DNA of 64,000 bases from Candidatus Babeliales bacterium (GCA_963722075.1 CAVRJM010000001.1:448001-512000), one strand, 5' to 3'; counted from the first letter of the stretch, positions 39,933 through 50,597 are shown. Made by a program: numbers and translations. The notes: generated from the letters alone by a model not told the origin.

Positions 39933-41321
39933 TTATCGATTGATTTCTTGTTCCAATCTTTTTATCTCTTTATTGAAGGTTACATCATTTTGTAAGTAAT
40001 TTTCTATCTTATTGATTGCATGAAGTACCGTAGTATGATCTTTCCTCCCCAAAAAAAGGCCTATTTCATGCAATGATTTGTTTGTTAATTTTTTCATAAG
40101 ATACATAGCAAGCTGCCTCACTAAAGATAATTTTTTATCACGACCTTGAGAACGCAGATCTTGTAAAGAATAGGAATAATGTTTTGTTAAACATTTAATT
40201 ATTCTATTAAAATCTACTATTATTTCTTTAGCTTCATTATTGCGCATTAATAATTTTTTACTGAGTTCTATGGTAATCGGTTGATTGGTAAGCGCCGCAT
40301 ATGCCGTAATGCGAATCAAGGCCCCTTCTAATTCACGAATATTAGACATCACCCGTGCTGCAATAAAATAGAGCACGTCATCCGATATTTCTTGATTTTG
40401 CATTTCAAGTTTTCTTTTTAAAATCGCTATTTTGGTTTCAGTCGTAGGTACCTGAATATCGGTTACCAATCCCCATTCAAAGCGAGAACGTAATCGTTCA
40501 GCAAGACCGTTAATACAGGCAGGATCTGAATCACTTGAAAATACAATTTGTTTATGTGATTCATAGAGCATATTAAAAATATGAAAAAATGCTTCTTGGG
40601 TTTGTTCTTTATTAGAAATAAATTGTACATCGTCAATAAGTAAGACATCAATCTCAGTATATTTTTCTTTAAATTGAGAAACTTTATCAAATCGAATAGC
40701 ATTTATAAATTCATTAACAAAATGATCAGCGGTTTGATACAAAATTTCAGTTTTTTTATTGCGCAATTTAATTTCATTACCAATAGCATGTAATAGATGT
40801 GTTTTACCAAGACCTGATCCGCCATAAATGAATAGCGGGTTATACAGTTTTCCGATTTTTTCAGTTACGGCATGAGCTGCTGCATAGGCCAATTGATTGC
40901 TGGGGCCTACCACAAAACTATCAAATTGATAATTTTTATTAATATAACTTTTTTGTTTTTCATAATGCTTTTTTAACGAACTATTTTTTTTTATCGTAAT
41001 ACTAAAATCACGTGTAGCAACTGCTGGTATAATAGCAGGCTCTGTACCTGCTGCCATTTTCTCATCAGGATAATGATTATCAAGAAAAATAACACTTATT
41101 TTATCAACATTTAATAATCTGCTCAGATGTTGCTGAAATAAATTAAGATAATTAGATTTGATCCATTCTTTAATGAATAGGTTTGGTGCTTTAAGATACA
41201 CAATTTTTTCAAATGCATCCCATTGTGACAAGCAGACCGCTTTGAACCAAGTATGAACTACATGGCTCCCCGCTTCTTGAGCAACAATTTTTAAAAATTC
41301 TTCCCAAATTGAATCAATCAC
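39933..41321 (-). CDS. dnaA: Chromosomal replication initiator DnaA
   Basis: FDSFVVGPSN, YNPLFIYGGSGLGKTHLL, LLIDDVQF, RLRSRFEWGL, NIRELEGAL, RQLAMYL, GRKDHTTV. Confidence 0.98.
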   Translation of the reverse strand: MIDSIWEEFLKIVAQEAGSHVVHTWFKAVCLSQWDAFEKIVYLKAPNLFIKEWIKSNYLNLFQQHLSRLLNVDKISVIFLDNHYPDEKMAAGTEPAIIPAVATRDFSITIKKNSSLKKHYEKQKSYINKNYQFDSFVVGPSNQLAYAAAHAVTEKIGKLYNPLFIYGGSGLGKTHLLHAIGNEIKLRNKKTEILYQTADHFVNEFINAIRFDKVSQFKEKYTEIDVLLIDDVQFISNKEQTQEAFFHIFNMLYESHKQIVFSSDSDPACINGLAERLRSRFEWGLVTDIQVPTTETKIAILKRKLEMQNQEISDDVLYFIAARVMSNIRELEGALIRITAYAALTNQPITIELSKKLLMRNNEAKEIIVDFNRIIKCLTKHYSYSLQDLRSQGRDKKLSLVRQLAMYLMKKLTNKSLHEIGLFLGRKDHTTVLHAINKIENYLQNDVTFNKEIKRLEQEINR

Positions 41322-41468
41322 AATAACAACACTCTAAAAAGGATCAAAAAGACATTACTATACTATGAATTCATTATTACTTTACTTTAGCAAATCAACA
41401 TTTTTTGAGGAAGTCTAGAATTTAAAAAAAATTAAAAAAAGAGATAAAGAAAACCAAAAGTTTATTAA

Positions 41469-42602
41469 TTAGACCCGGCATTGTTTTAGATAATTTATGA
41501 TACCTTTTGCAATTGCCTGCGCTAAGATCATTTGATATTTTTCATCTACAAGGAGTTTTGTTTCTTGAAGATTCGAAAGAAATCCTATTTCAATTAATGC
41601 TGCCGGTACCAACATATCAATACCCAACAAAACTTGCGCTACCGATGTTTTCACCGTACGATCATTCACCTTATATACTTTTTGAGCTGCTGCTATTACT
41701 TCACTATGTACCGCTTGGGCAAATAAAGAGCTTAGCCTATTACGCATTGCTCGTAATTGATCAACATGTTGATGTGATAAAGACCCCATGCGTTTTAACA
41801 AGCTACTATCTAACCAATAGGTTTCAATACCACACGCATTTTGTGAGCCTGCATTTGCATGAATAGAAAGAAATAAATCAACTTTTTTTTTATTAGTTAA
41901 CGTCGTTCTTTCATCTAATGCAACAAATGAATCATCAGCACGCGTTAATAATACATCACAACCATTTTTATGTAAAACCTGTGCTACTTTCTTTCCCACT
42001 TGTAAGTTGATTTCTTTTTCTTGAATATTCAAACAACCCACTTTTCCTTCATCACAACCGCCATGTCCTAAATCTAACATTATTTTGGGTTTTTTATTTT
42101 TCTGCAAATTCATCGCATATTGCAATAATGGATCAGTAGTTAGTTTTATTTTCGATAATACATTTTTATTATGAAGTGAAAAAACCATTCCTTTATTGCC
42201 CGTAATTGCATTAAATGATTGATACTCATAGAAAATAGTTTCTGGATCATAATTAAGCGTAATTTTTATTCCTTTAATAGGGGTTTTTACCTCTTGAAAT
42301 GAAATCGTATAATGATTCGATTTTGTTTGATGTAATTTTTTTAACATATCCTTTGCTTCAATGCTTGCAATACTGGTTCTTGGCAAAAAAAATATTGCCT
42401 GCGAACTTTTTTTTTCGGTAGGTTTTTGTGGCAATTGATTACAAATGGGGTCTTGTGAAAAATAACAGACCACATGATCGGTAACCGTTCCCTTATGATA
42501 ATAAATTTTGGTGATCTCATTGGATTGTTGCGCGGCTACAGAAATAAAATGCCAAAGCAGTATACCGTACATATATCTTAATTTCATGACCGTTCCCCTC
42601 AT
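41469..42602 (-). CDS. N-acetylmuramoyl-L-alanine amidase (Amidase_3, AmiA/B/C type)
   Basis: Signal peptide; LDLGHGG, EKEINL, LTRADD, SIHANA, LIEIGFLSN. Confidence 0.93.
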   Translation of the reverse strand: MRGTVMKLRYMYGILLWHFISVAAQQSNEITKIYYHKGTVTDHVVCYFSQDPICNQLPQKPTEKKSSQAIFFLPRTSIASIEAKDMLKKLHQTKSNHYTISFQEVKTPIKGIKITLNYDPETIFYEYQSFNAITGNKGMVFSLHNKNVLSKIKLTTDPLLQYAMNLQKNKKPKIMLDLGHGGCDEGKVGCLNIQEKEINLQVGKKVAQVLHKNGCDVLLTRADDSFVALDERTTLTNKKKVDLFLSIHANAGSQNACGIETYWLDSSLLKRMGSLSHQHVDQLRAMRNRLSSLFAQAVHSEVIAAAQKVYKVNDRTVKTSVAQVLLGIDMLVPAALIEIGFLSNLQETKLLVDEKYQMILAQAIAKGIINYLKQCRV

Positions 42603-42734
42603 AAAACAAATTAATAATAGACATAAGATATATTTAAGGTATCAACTTTTATTTCAAACAGTCAATAAATTTGGCAGATAAGTACTTTTCTTGGGAGGTG
42701 AATGAAAACAAATAATAGGTGATTAAGCAAAAGA

Positions 42735-43112
42735 CGTCGTTGCGATCTTATTGGATTTCTCCAAGGCCACTTGGAACTCGGGCAAACGCACCAAATGTTA
42801 CGCGATAAATTAAAATGAAGAATATTAATTTGGCCTTGAGCCGATTACACTAAAAGCTTCGACGCCCAGGTCCCCCACAACGCCTTGTCCACCGAAACCT
42901 ATAGGTGAAGGCTGGATCGGGACCGATGACGATCGAAAAAAAAGTACGTCGTTGCGAGCTTGTCGAAGCAATCCAGGTTAAATTAAATGATACCAAGTTA
43001 TAGAAGGCCAATAAAGTTGTGTTAAATTATTAAACAATTCAAAAATTTCTTCATATAAAAATAACAAATAATGTTAATAAATACTGGATTGCTTCGACAA
43101 GCTCGCAACGAC
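42735..43112. repeat. Dense patch of family A and B palindromes, including an inverted family A pair with a 107-bp spacer
   Basis: Partial CGTCGTTGCGA at 42735; B-like copies at 42841-42870 and 42882-42917; A copies at 42947-42976 (identical to 8195-8224) and 43084-43112 (inverted). Confidence 0.85.
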
Positions 43113-43197
43113 ATACATTCGTAAATTTACATCATCATGCAAAAATTCAGCATCCATTAGTGAATTATATTTAAGGTATAAAAGTTCTAAATACCAA

Positions 43198-44823
43198 CTA
43201 ACTAGACGGAAGTAAGAAATTATAATTAAAATACATGCGTTGAATCGTATGCAGTTTTTGAGTAACGCTCATTGAAGCATCTTCCAAATGAGCAATATCT
43301 TCAAGTATCATAATTTGCTCGTCAATATTCATTTGAGAAGTATGTTTTTTAAATTGTTCAAGCCAGTAATGGCAATACCCTTGATCAATTAATGAAACGG
43401 CAGATACATCACTTAAATATTTATTGTAAATAATATCTAAATTTCGTAATGCTTTGCGTAATGGCTCATACGTATTTTTTTGTAGCATAATGTGTACAAA
43501 AAGTTTCTTAGCAAGGGAATACGTACCATATAAAACTAACGCTGATGGTAATATGGCAGCTATTTCAAAATTAAATTTATTAGCATTAAATTGCGTTTCT
43601 CCTTCTAATGCTATTTTACTTCCCATTAATAATGATGCTTGAAATAACATATAACATAAAACTCCCATCTTTTTTACCTGAGGAAACAGTTCTGCAATTT
43701 CGGAAGCTTTTTTAGTAATTATTTCCAACCTTGCTATAGCAACATTAAACCGTTCAATAGATTTTTTATCTCCAGTAATCCATCTTAGAGCACTGGCACC
43801 ATACGAATCATCTTTCACATATGAATCTAGTTCTATCTTTAATTCTTCAACATCACTTTGTTTTTTATCTATAGCTTGAACAATATCATTTAATTCATTC
43901 ATAATAAATTCAATATTGCCAGTCTTAACCTCTTTAATAATCCCTTCAATTTCTTCAGAAGAATATGGTAAATTGTTGGTTTCTATATATGAGCGCACCT
44001 GAAGTTCTAATAAATTTCCACAAGATTGAACACCTTTTTTAGTTATTACCGGATCACGATCACGTCGCAAAAGCGCCTTTAGTGATTTTACAATCGGCGC
44101 GGATATGTGCTCATCATAATACTTTTTAACCGCATCAAAAGCCATATCAGACCAGTTTTTTAAATTATTTTTATTTTGATGAATAAAATAACCCATTCCT
44201 AATGAGCTTGTTACCAGAAGAAAATAGGCAATCCAATTCCGTTGAAAATGATTAGGTTTACTACAATGCGCGCAGGAATATAACGCATTTTTTTTGTAAT
44301 TTTTTATCCATAATTCAATGCGTTTAAGCCGCTCTTCAACCACACCACTTTGTGCGGTTTTATTGCTTATAACAGTATAACGAAATAAACAGGATTCAAG
44401 AGCATCAATCATAGCATCTGCTAGTTCAGGAGAATAAGTCGCCGTTTGAATGTAGTGTTTAAAGAGCGCTAAATAATAGGCATTGTGCTCTTGCTCTTGT
44501 TGTAAGTACTGTAAATATTCATCAATTTTGCGCCATTCCTTTTTACGGTAAATCCATTTGCTAGGATCTTTTGAAAGAAAATAGCTAAACGGCATTAATT
44601 GCTGTTTTTTCCAGTAATGGGTGTTTAATAGGAACTGATGTAATACCTCAATAAGGATAGGGCATAATTGCTCCATTTGATCAAGCACCTTGTTAAACAC
44701 TACTTTATTTTCATATTCCTTAATAATACGAGCTGTTTTTTCATTTTCTAATAGCAATAAAGAATCGGTACCATTTATACTTAAAAAGACTAGTAAAAGT
44801 ACACTAAAAATATAATTAACCAT
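43198..44823 (-). CDS. NCA2/DGS1-like protein with signal peptide
   Basis: HFQRNWIAY...YYDEHISAPI, ANKFNFEIAAILP, KLHTIQRMY resemble conserved NCA2/DGS1 blocks (recognised from memory); start ATG 44823. Confidence 0.68.
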   Translation of the reverse strand: MVNYIFSVLLLVFLSINGTDSLLLLENEKTARIIKEYENKVVFNKVLDQMEQLCPILIEVLHQFLLNTHYWKKQQLMPFSYFLSKDPSKWIYRKKEWRKIDEYLQYLQQEQEHNAYYLALFKHYIQTATYSPELADAMIDALESCLFRYTVISNKTAQSGVVEERLKRIELWIKNYKKNALYSCAHCSKPNHFQRNWIAYFLLVTSSLGMGYFIHQNKNNLKNWSDMAFDAVKKYYDEHISAPIVKSLKALLRRDRDPVITKKGVQSCGNLLELQVRSYIETNNLPYSSEEIEGIIKEVKTGNIEFIMNELNDIVQAIDKKQSDVEELKIELDSYVKDDSYGASALRWITGDKKSIERFNVAIARLEIITKKASEIAELFPQVKKMGVLCYMLFQASLLMGSKIALEGETQFNANKFNFEIAAILPSALVLYGTYSLAKKLFVHIMLQKNTYEPLRKALRNLDIIYNKYLSDVSAVSLIDQGYCHYWLEQFKKHTSQMNIDEQIMILEDIAHLEDASMSVTQKLHTIQRMYFNYNFLLPSS

Positions 44824-44972
44824 GCTAAAAACCTTTCTTTGAGTAATTAACGTACCATAAAATGAGCTCAACAGCCAATATATGATACGAGCTTGTCAAT
44901 AACCCTTAAATACGATAAAATAACTATATCGCTCAATTTAAAGATATATATAGTATAAATTCCAAAGGAATA

Positions 44973-45320
44973 ATGTTAATGTCTCAAGAAAAGCAAGCCG
45001 TACCTGTTTTTAAGCGATATGCCATTTTTCAGACTGGCGGCAAACAATATCAAGCAATAGAAGGTAAAACAGTAGCCATTGAAAAACTTGAGGGGAATCA
45101 AGGCGACACGGTAGAATTTACAGATGTATTGTTACGTAAAACAAATGATGCCGATATTCAAATTGGTCAACCATTCTTGAAAAACGCTATTAAAGCAACC
45201 ATTGTTAAGCAGATGCGCGGACCAAAAATAGTTGTATTTAAATTCAAACGTCGCAAAAAGTCACGCGTTAAAAAAGGACATCGTCAATCCATTACCGTAG
45301 TACGAATTGAAGCAATCTAA
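44973..45320 (+). CDS. rplU: 50S ribosomal protein L21
   Basis: YAIFQTGGKQY, IGQPF, KIVVFKFKRRK, KGHRQ. Confidence 0.97.
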   Translation: MLMSQEKQAVPVFKRYAIFQTGGKQYQAIEGKTVAIEKLEGNQGDTVEFTDVLLRKTNDADIQIGQPFLKNAIKATIVKQMRGPKIVVFKFKRRKKSRVKKGHRQSITVVRIEAI

Positions 45321-45328
45321 AAAAATAT

Positions 45329-45376
45329 AAGTCATTATACTTATCTTATGTAATAGTTTAATAAGTATAATGACTT
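45329..45376. terminator. Terminator-like inverted repeat between convergent rplU and trkA
   Basis: AAGTCATTATACTTAT...ATAAGTATAATGACTT followed by a T-tract. Confidence 0.7.
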
Positions 45377-45390
45377 TTTTTATGCTCTTT

Positions 45391-46032
45391 TTATAATTTA
45401 GCAATAGTCATAAGTTTATTAATCGATCCAGCAAATACTACTGTTTCATCTGCGTTAATAGTATAATCGGAATTAATAGGGATAATATCTTCGCCTTTTT
45501 TAACACCAATACAACGCGCTTGATAACGGTCAAATAATTTTAATGATTGAACGGTTTTACCCACAAATTTTTCAGGAGCCGTAATTTGAATAATCCCAAA
45601 ATTAGCAGTTATGCGTACCAATTGAGCATATGGATAGCTTAAACTATCGGCTAAGCGAACGCCAACTTCTTGCTCTGGTAATATTACTTGATCAGCGCCA
45701 ATCAGTTTTAAAATTTCCTTATGAATTTCGCTAACGGCACGGGTAATAACCATCGGAATATTAAGACGTTTTTTTAATAATGCGGTTACCAAAATAGATT
45801 GCGCAAAATTTTCACCCATCGCCACAATAACTATATCCATTTCCTCAACACCCAGTGATCGCAATGCGGCTTCATCATTCACCCGTAAACAAATTGCTTG
45901 AGTTATTTGATCACGAATAGAGGAAACGATTGATTCGTTGCTATCAATACCTAATACTTCCATGCCATTATCTGCCAATGTGGTAGCAACCCGATACCCA
46001 AATCTACCCAACCCTATAACACAAAATTTCAT
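45391..46032 (-). CDS. trkA: K+ uptake NAD-binding RCK subunit (TrkA/KtrA)
   Basis: VIGLGRFG Rossmann motif; IGADQVILPE; TrkA-C domain. Confidence 0.93.
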   Translation of the reverse strand: MKFCVIGLGRFGYRVATTLADNGMEVLGIDSNESIVSSIRDQITQAICLRVNDEAALRSLGVEEMDIVIVAMGENFAQSILVTALLKKRLNIPMVITRAVSEIHKEILKLIGADQVILPEQEVGVRLADSLSYPYAQLVRITANFGIIQITAPEKFVGKTVQSLKLFDRYQARCIGVKKGEDIIPINSDYTINADETVVFAGSINKLMTIAKL

Positions 46033-46051
46033 GTAAGATCCTTATTATACT

Positions 46052-47377
46052 TTAACCAATTAATACTCGTTCTTCAGGATACGAAAATTCTGGCAATTCA
46101 TGACGTTTATATAATGCAAGAACAAATGCTAAAGCACCAATACGCCCTATAATCATTGTCAAAATTATAAAAATCTTACCTATAGCTGATAAATAAGGCG
46201 TTATACCTAAAGAAAGTCCTAATGTTGCAAAAGCAGAAACAACTTCAAATAAAATTTCTATAAATGACCAATCCTTTTCAGTAATTAATAAAAAGAATGT
46301 TGTAATAATAATCCAAATTAATGAAAGAAATGTAATTGCAATTGCTTTATATAACTGATCTATTGCAATAGACCTCCCCATAAGTGAAACATTTGTTCTC
46401 CCAATCACTGCTGCCTTTATAAACCCGATGCATAGTGCAAATGTGGTAACTTTTATACCTCCTCCAGTTGATAGAGGTGCTACACCAATAAAAGATAAAA
46501 TTATTATCAATAAGATTGTAGCTAATTGCAATTGATTTGTTTGAATTGTAGTAAACCCCGTACCACGACTTGAAATGGCATTATAAAGAGCATTTACTAT
46601 TGCCGTAAGGGGATTCATTTCAGCAAAGGTATTGTGATGCTCTAACATCCAATAAAGTAGTGCTCCACTTACAACTATAAAAATAGTCATATATACCATT
46701 ACTTTTGTTTGTAATGAAAAATGAAATCTTTTTTTATTACCAATGCTTTTCATATAGTTAAAAATTTCATTCCAAGCAATAAATCCTAGCATGCCAGATA
46801 ACATAATAAAACAGTTACCCAATAATAATATTAAATTATCTTTATAGGGAATCATACCTTCAGGAAATAAAGAAATTCCTGCATCACAAAACGTAGATAC
46901 TGCATGAAAAAAAGATAAAAAAAGAGCTCGTAAAAAAGAATAGTCATTATAAATATTAAAAAAGAAAATAACGGTACCAAGTACTTCTATAAAAAAAGTA
47001 AAAAATATAATAAAATAAATAAATTTTTTAATATCTCTTAATGATTCCAAGTCAAGCACTTGTCCAGCCATAACTTGGGTTGAAAAAGATGGATTAACAA
47101 AAAATAATATGAAAAAAAAAGTTACAATTCCTAACCCACCAATTTGAATAAGGAGCAACACTATACATTGACCCAAAAAAGTAAATTCGATACAAGGTAC
47201 GGTAGTTAATCCACAAGTACACAAACATGTTGCTGAAGTAAATAAGGCATCTATCCACGAGATTACACCGGTATGGCAAAAGGGTAATTTAAGTAGTATT
47301 GTTCCGCATGCTATTGCTATTAAAGTAAACATAAATATTAATCGTGCAGGTGAAACGTGCGCCATAGAATGCGGCAT
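46052..47377 (-). CDS. trkH: K+ uptake membrane subunit (TrkH/KtrB)
   Basis: IDALFTS..C..GL, LIQIGGLG, FHAVSTFCDAG, STGGGIKVTT, FEVVSAFATLGLSLG, YPEERVLIG. Confidence 0.93.
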   Translation of the reverse strand: MPHSMAHVSPARLIFMFTLIAIACGTILLKLPFCHTGVISWIDALFTSATCLCTCGLTTVPCIEFTFLGQCIVLLLIQIGGLGIVTFFFILFFVNPSFSTQVMAGQVLDLESLRDIKKFIYFIIFFTFFIEVLGTVIFFFNIYNDYSFLRALFLSFFHAVSTFCDAGISLFPEGMIPYKDNLILLLGNCFIMLSGMLGFIAWNEIFNYMKSIGNKKRFHFSLQTKVMVYMTIFIVVSGALLYWMLEHHNTFAEMNPLTAIVNALYNAISSRGTGFTTIQTNQLQLATILLIIILSFIGVAPLSTGGGIKVTTFALCIGFIKAAVIGRTNVSLMGRSIAIDQLYKAIAITFLSLIWIIITTFFLLITEKDWSFIEILFEVVSAFATLGLSLGITPYLSAIGKIFIILTMIIGRIGALAFVLALYKRHELPEFSYPEERVLIG

Positions 47378-47405
47378 ATAATAAATTCCTTAGAAATGCT
47401 ACATG

Positions 47406-47990
47406 TTACTTGTGTAAAAAGCACCGCCAACAGGTTGCAATAACAATTACTGTAAATAAGATTACAAGGAGATTGAAATAGCGGTCAATATATTGCTTAA
47501 TCTGCTCACCCCAAAACCTAATACTTAGAGCTATCAAGAAGAATCTAGCTCCTCTTCCTATTAACGAAAAAATAATGAAAGGGACCACCGGCAATTTGCA
47601 AAAACCCGCGCTTAACGTTATCGCCTTATAGGGTAATGGGGTAAATCCTGCAATTAATACCGCCCATGATTCATACTGTTTATATTGATAAATGGCAAAA
47701 TCAAATGTTTCTGGCTTAAACAATAATGACACCAATAATTTACCGCACGATTCCCAAATAGCAAATCCAATAAGATATCCCATCAACCCTCCCGCTACTG
47801 ATGAAAAGGTTGCAATGGTAGCAAAGTAAAAAGAATTTAAACGATCTTCAATACAATACAAAATGAGCAACGGGTCAACGGGTACAAAAAAAATAGCTTC
47901 AATAAAAAACAATATCGCTAATAATGGTACTGCATATGCCGTATGCACCTGTTGGCCACACCAATGGTACATTCTCTTTAATGCAAACAT
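47406..47990 (-). CDS. YqaA/DedA-family membrane protein
   Basis: EAIFFVPVD, SVAGGLMGY.IG, AGFTPLPYK, GRGARFF. Confidence 0.88.
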   Translation of the reverse strand: MFALKRMYHWCGQQVHTAYAVPLLAILFFIEAIFFVPVDPLLILYCIEDRLNSFYFATIATFSSVAGGLMGYLIGFAIWESCGKLLVSLLFKPETFDFAIYQYKQYESWAVLIAGFTPLPYKAITLSAGFCKLPVVPFIIFSLIGRGARFFLIALSIRFWGEQIKQYIDRYFNLLVILFTVIVIATCWRCFLHK

Positions 47991-48009
47991 AGCTATCTCC
48001 CTTTAATTT

Positions 48010-49323
48010 TTATAATAGCTGTTTTTTCAAAAATAGTTCCAATTGATCTATTGCTATTCGCTCTTGATTCATCGCATCGCGATAACGCACCGTTATCGAA
48101 TTATCAGTTGGCGAATCAAAGTCATAGGTAAAGCAAAAAGGTGTCCCAATTTCATCATATCTTCTATAACGCTTGCCTATTGAGCCAGCCTCATCAAACT
48201 CAACCATAATTCCTGATTTTCTAATCGATTCATAAAGTGCATAGGTCGGCTCTACTTGTTTTTTAGTAAGCGGTAAAAACGCTGCCTTTATGGGAGCCAT
48301 TGATGGTTTAAAGCGCAAAACAGTACGTTGCTCGCCCTCAATAGTTTCTTCTTGATATGCATCAAAAAGCATAGTCAAAAATATACGCCCTACGCCAGCT
48401 GATGTTTCTACTACGTACGGGATGATTGATTTTTTATCCGCTTCATCAAAATAAGAAAGGTCTTTACCAGAAAATGAACTATGCTGCATCAAATCAAAAT
48501 CACCCCTATTTGCAATGCCTTCTAATTCTTTCCAGCCAAACGGAAATTGATATTCAATATCAGAGGTTCCTTGCGAATAGTGAGACAATTCTGTTTTTTC
48601 GTGAGCACGAATACGAATATGCTCAGCTTTCAACCCTAATACTTCAGTGTAAAATTTTTCACGCTCGTGGCACCAAAATGCAAAATCTGTAGCCGCCGTT
48701 TCAGGTTTACAAAACCATTCCATCTCCATCTGCTCAAATTCTCGTACACGAAAAAGAAACTGCTTGGGAGTAATTTCATTGCGAAATGCTTTACCAATTT
48801 GTGCAACACCAAAAGGAAGTTTCACGCGATTAGTTGAAATAATATTTTTAAAATTAATAAAAATAGACTGTGCCGTTTCAGGTCTCAAATAGGCATGCGT
48901 TGCATGTTCTGTTGAGGCCCCCACTTGTGTTTTAAACATTAAATTAAATTGACGAACGGGTGTCCATGCTTTTTTACCACAATGTGGGCACGGCTCATTA
49001 AGATCTAATTCATCAGCACGGTAGCGATGCTGACATGATAAGCAATCCACCATAGGATCTTGGAAATTCGAAATATGTCCAGAAGCTTCCCATACCGATT
49101 CAGGACCTAAAATAGATCCTTCAAACAATAATATTGGTGCTTTTGCTTCACTAACTGATTTAAGCCAAGCAGCTTTAATATTATTTTTTAATAACGTACC
49201 AATATAGCCAAAATCATAAACACCATTTAACCCACCATATATCTCAGCTGAAGGATAAACAAAACCTCGTCGCTTACACAACGCTACTATCTTATCAAGT
49301 GTTACTACTGTTGAAGATTCCAT
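48010..49323 (-). CDS. glyS: Glycyl-tRNA synthetase, alpha2 (archaeal/eukaryotic-type)
   Basis: LCKRRGF.YPSAEIYGG, YLRPETAQ, AQIGKAFRNEITP, REFEQMEME, ELEGIANRGDFDL, SIGKRYRRYDEIGTP. Confidence 0.96.
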   Translation of the reverse strand: MESSTVVTLDKIVALCKRRGFVYPSAEIYGGLNGVYDFGYIGTLLKNNIKAAWLKSVSEAKAPILLFEGSILGPESVWEASGHISNFQDPMVDCLSCQHRYRADELDLNEPCPHCGKKAWTPVRQFNLMFKTQVGASTEHATHAYLRPETAQSIFINFKNIISTNRVKLPFGVAQIGKAFRNEITPKQFLFRVREFEQMEMEWFCKPETAATDFAFWCHEREKFYTEVLGLKAEHIRIRAHEKTELSHYSQGTSDIEYQFPFGWKELEGIANRGDFDLMQHSSFSGKDLSYFDEADKKSIIPYVVETSAGVGRIFLTMLFDAYQEETIEGEQRTVLRFKPSMAPIKAAFLPLTKKQVEPTYALYESIRKSGIMVEFDEAGSIGKRYRRYDEIGTPFCFTYDFDSPTDNSITVRYRDAMNQERIAIDQLELFLKKQLL

Positions 49324-49526
49324 AAATCAATAACTCCTGCCAATAAAAATAAGCAAAATGTTTAAACAATAATGGTAATGATGAATTTGTCTTTTAGCAA
49401 CCCTCTTATAATAAGGCTATTTCTATATTTATAATAAAAATAGTTTATTTTATTAAATTTAATGTTATATTATATTTGTAATTAAAACATTATCATGTAT
49501 TTATTTTTTCTAGTCGAAAGTTACGT

Positions 49527-50597
49527 ATGATCATATTATTCTTTTTTCTTCTGCTGCCTTTTAATTCATATGCTGGTTATTTTTTTAGAAACATTGATAA
49601 AAAATCACTTATTATCAAGATGATTGATCAAGATGATAATACTCTTGTTGATGGCCTGATCTTAGAACCCCGTTGCCAATTGGAACTTGACAATAGTTAT
49701 ATAATAGACAAAAAAATTAAGACATGCACCATGTGTATAAAAGGATCAGACGAGCAGTTTTTCAATCAAGAAATTACCATAAATCTTAAAAAAATTCTTG
49801 TTTATTCAGTTATAATGAATCTACAGAGCGCAGAATTTTCCAAGCAAATAAAAGAATATACTAGTCATTTAGAAAACCTTAAAACCAAATATTTTAATAC
49901 CATACGTTTAAGAAATGCACAGTTAAATAATGGATATTTTATACGTAATATAGATACCAATGAAATTTGGCTATTATTACTTAATAATATAAATATGCAT
50001 GCTTCTTTTCATTTGAAACCAAATGAAGAACTTTTTATTCCTGATTTTTTTTACCAACATGCTAAAATGGATCAATTAATATTTGCTATCCAGAGTGGTG
50101 TTATCATTATTGAAAGTATAAAAAATAAAAAGCCTGCTATTGATTCAGTAAGAGATCAAGATGAAGAACATCAATCACTCTCTGATCAGCTGAGGGCTCT
50201 AGTGGGCGGTAGTGATAGCGAAGAGGATGATAAGGTTAAAGAAGAGGAAACAAGAATCACATTCCCACATCCTTTTCAATTAGGTACATTAACCATTGAT
50301 AAACCATCTTGGATTATTGCACACACTGTTTATAATATATGTCATGGTGTTTCACCATTTAAAATAGAAGATTATGAATCTAAAAATGCAAAAGATATTG
50401 AAATGATCGATGCAGCTAAAGATATGCGTGCATTTTTTAAAATGACCTTTTTAAATAAACCACGAAATAACGTGTATTATATATTAAGCAATCATAACTC
50501 AATTCCAGATCAAGAAAACGAGCACGCCAGTTCATCGGATTTACTACCACGCTTAAAAAAAGCTGTAAGCGATCCTGATCAAAGTATTACAAAATAA
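49527..50597 (+). CDS. Exported hypothetical protein with internal duplication
   Basis: Signal peptide; GYFFRNID...LEP and GYFIRNID...LKP. Confidence 0.75.
   Translation: MIILFFFLLLPFNSYAGYFFRNIDKKSLIIKMIDQDDNTLVDGLILEPRCQLELDNSYIIDKKIKTCTMCIKGSDEQFFNQEITINLKKILVYSVIMNLQSAEFSKQIKEYTSHLENLKTKYFNTIRLRNAQLNNGYFIRNIDTNEIWLLLLNNINMHASFHLKPNEELFIPDFFYQHAKMDQLIFAIQSGVIIIESIKNKKPAIDSVRDQDEEHQSLSDQLRALVGGSDSEEDDKVKEEETRITFPHPFQLGTLTIDKPSWIIAHTVYNICHGVSPFKIEDYESKNAKDIEMIDAAKDMRAFFKMTFLNKPRNNVYYILSNHNSIPDQENEHASSSDLLPRLKKAVSDPDQSITK

Noticed and set aside
41322..41468. oriC upstream of dnaA
   Set aside because: AT-rich, but no recognisable DnaA boxes.
42735..42935. Structured ncRNA upstream of the amidase gene
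   Set aside because: The GC-rich segments resolve largely into degenerate family A/B repeats; no known ncRNA signature recognised.
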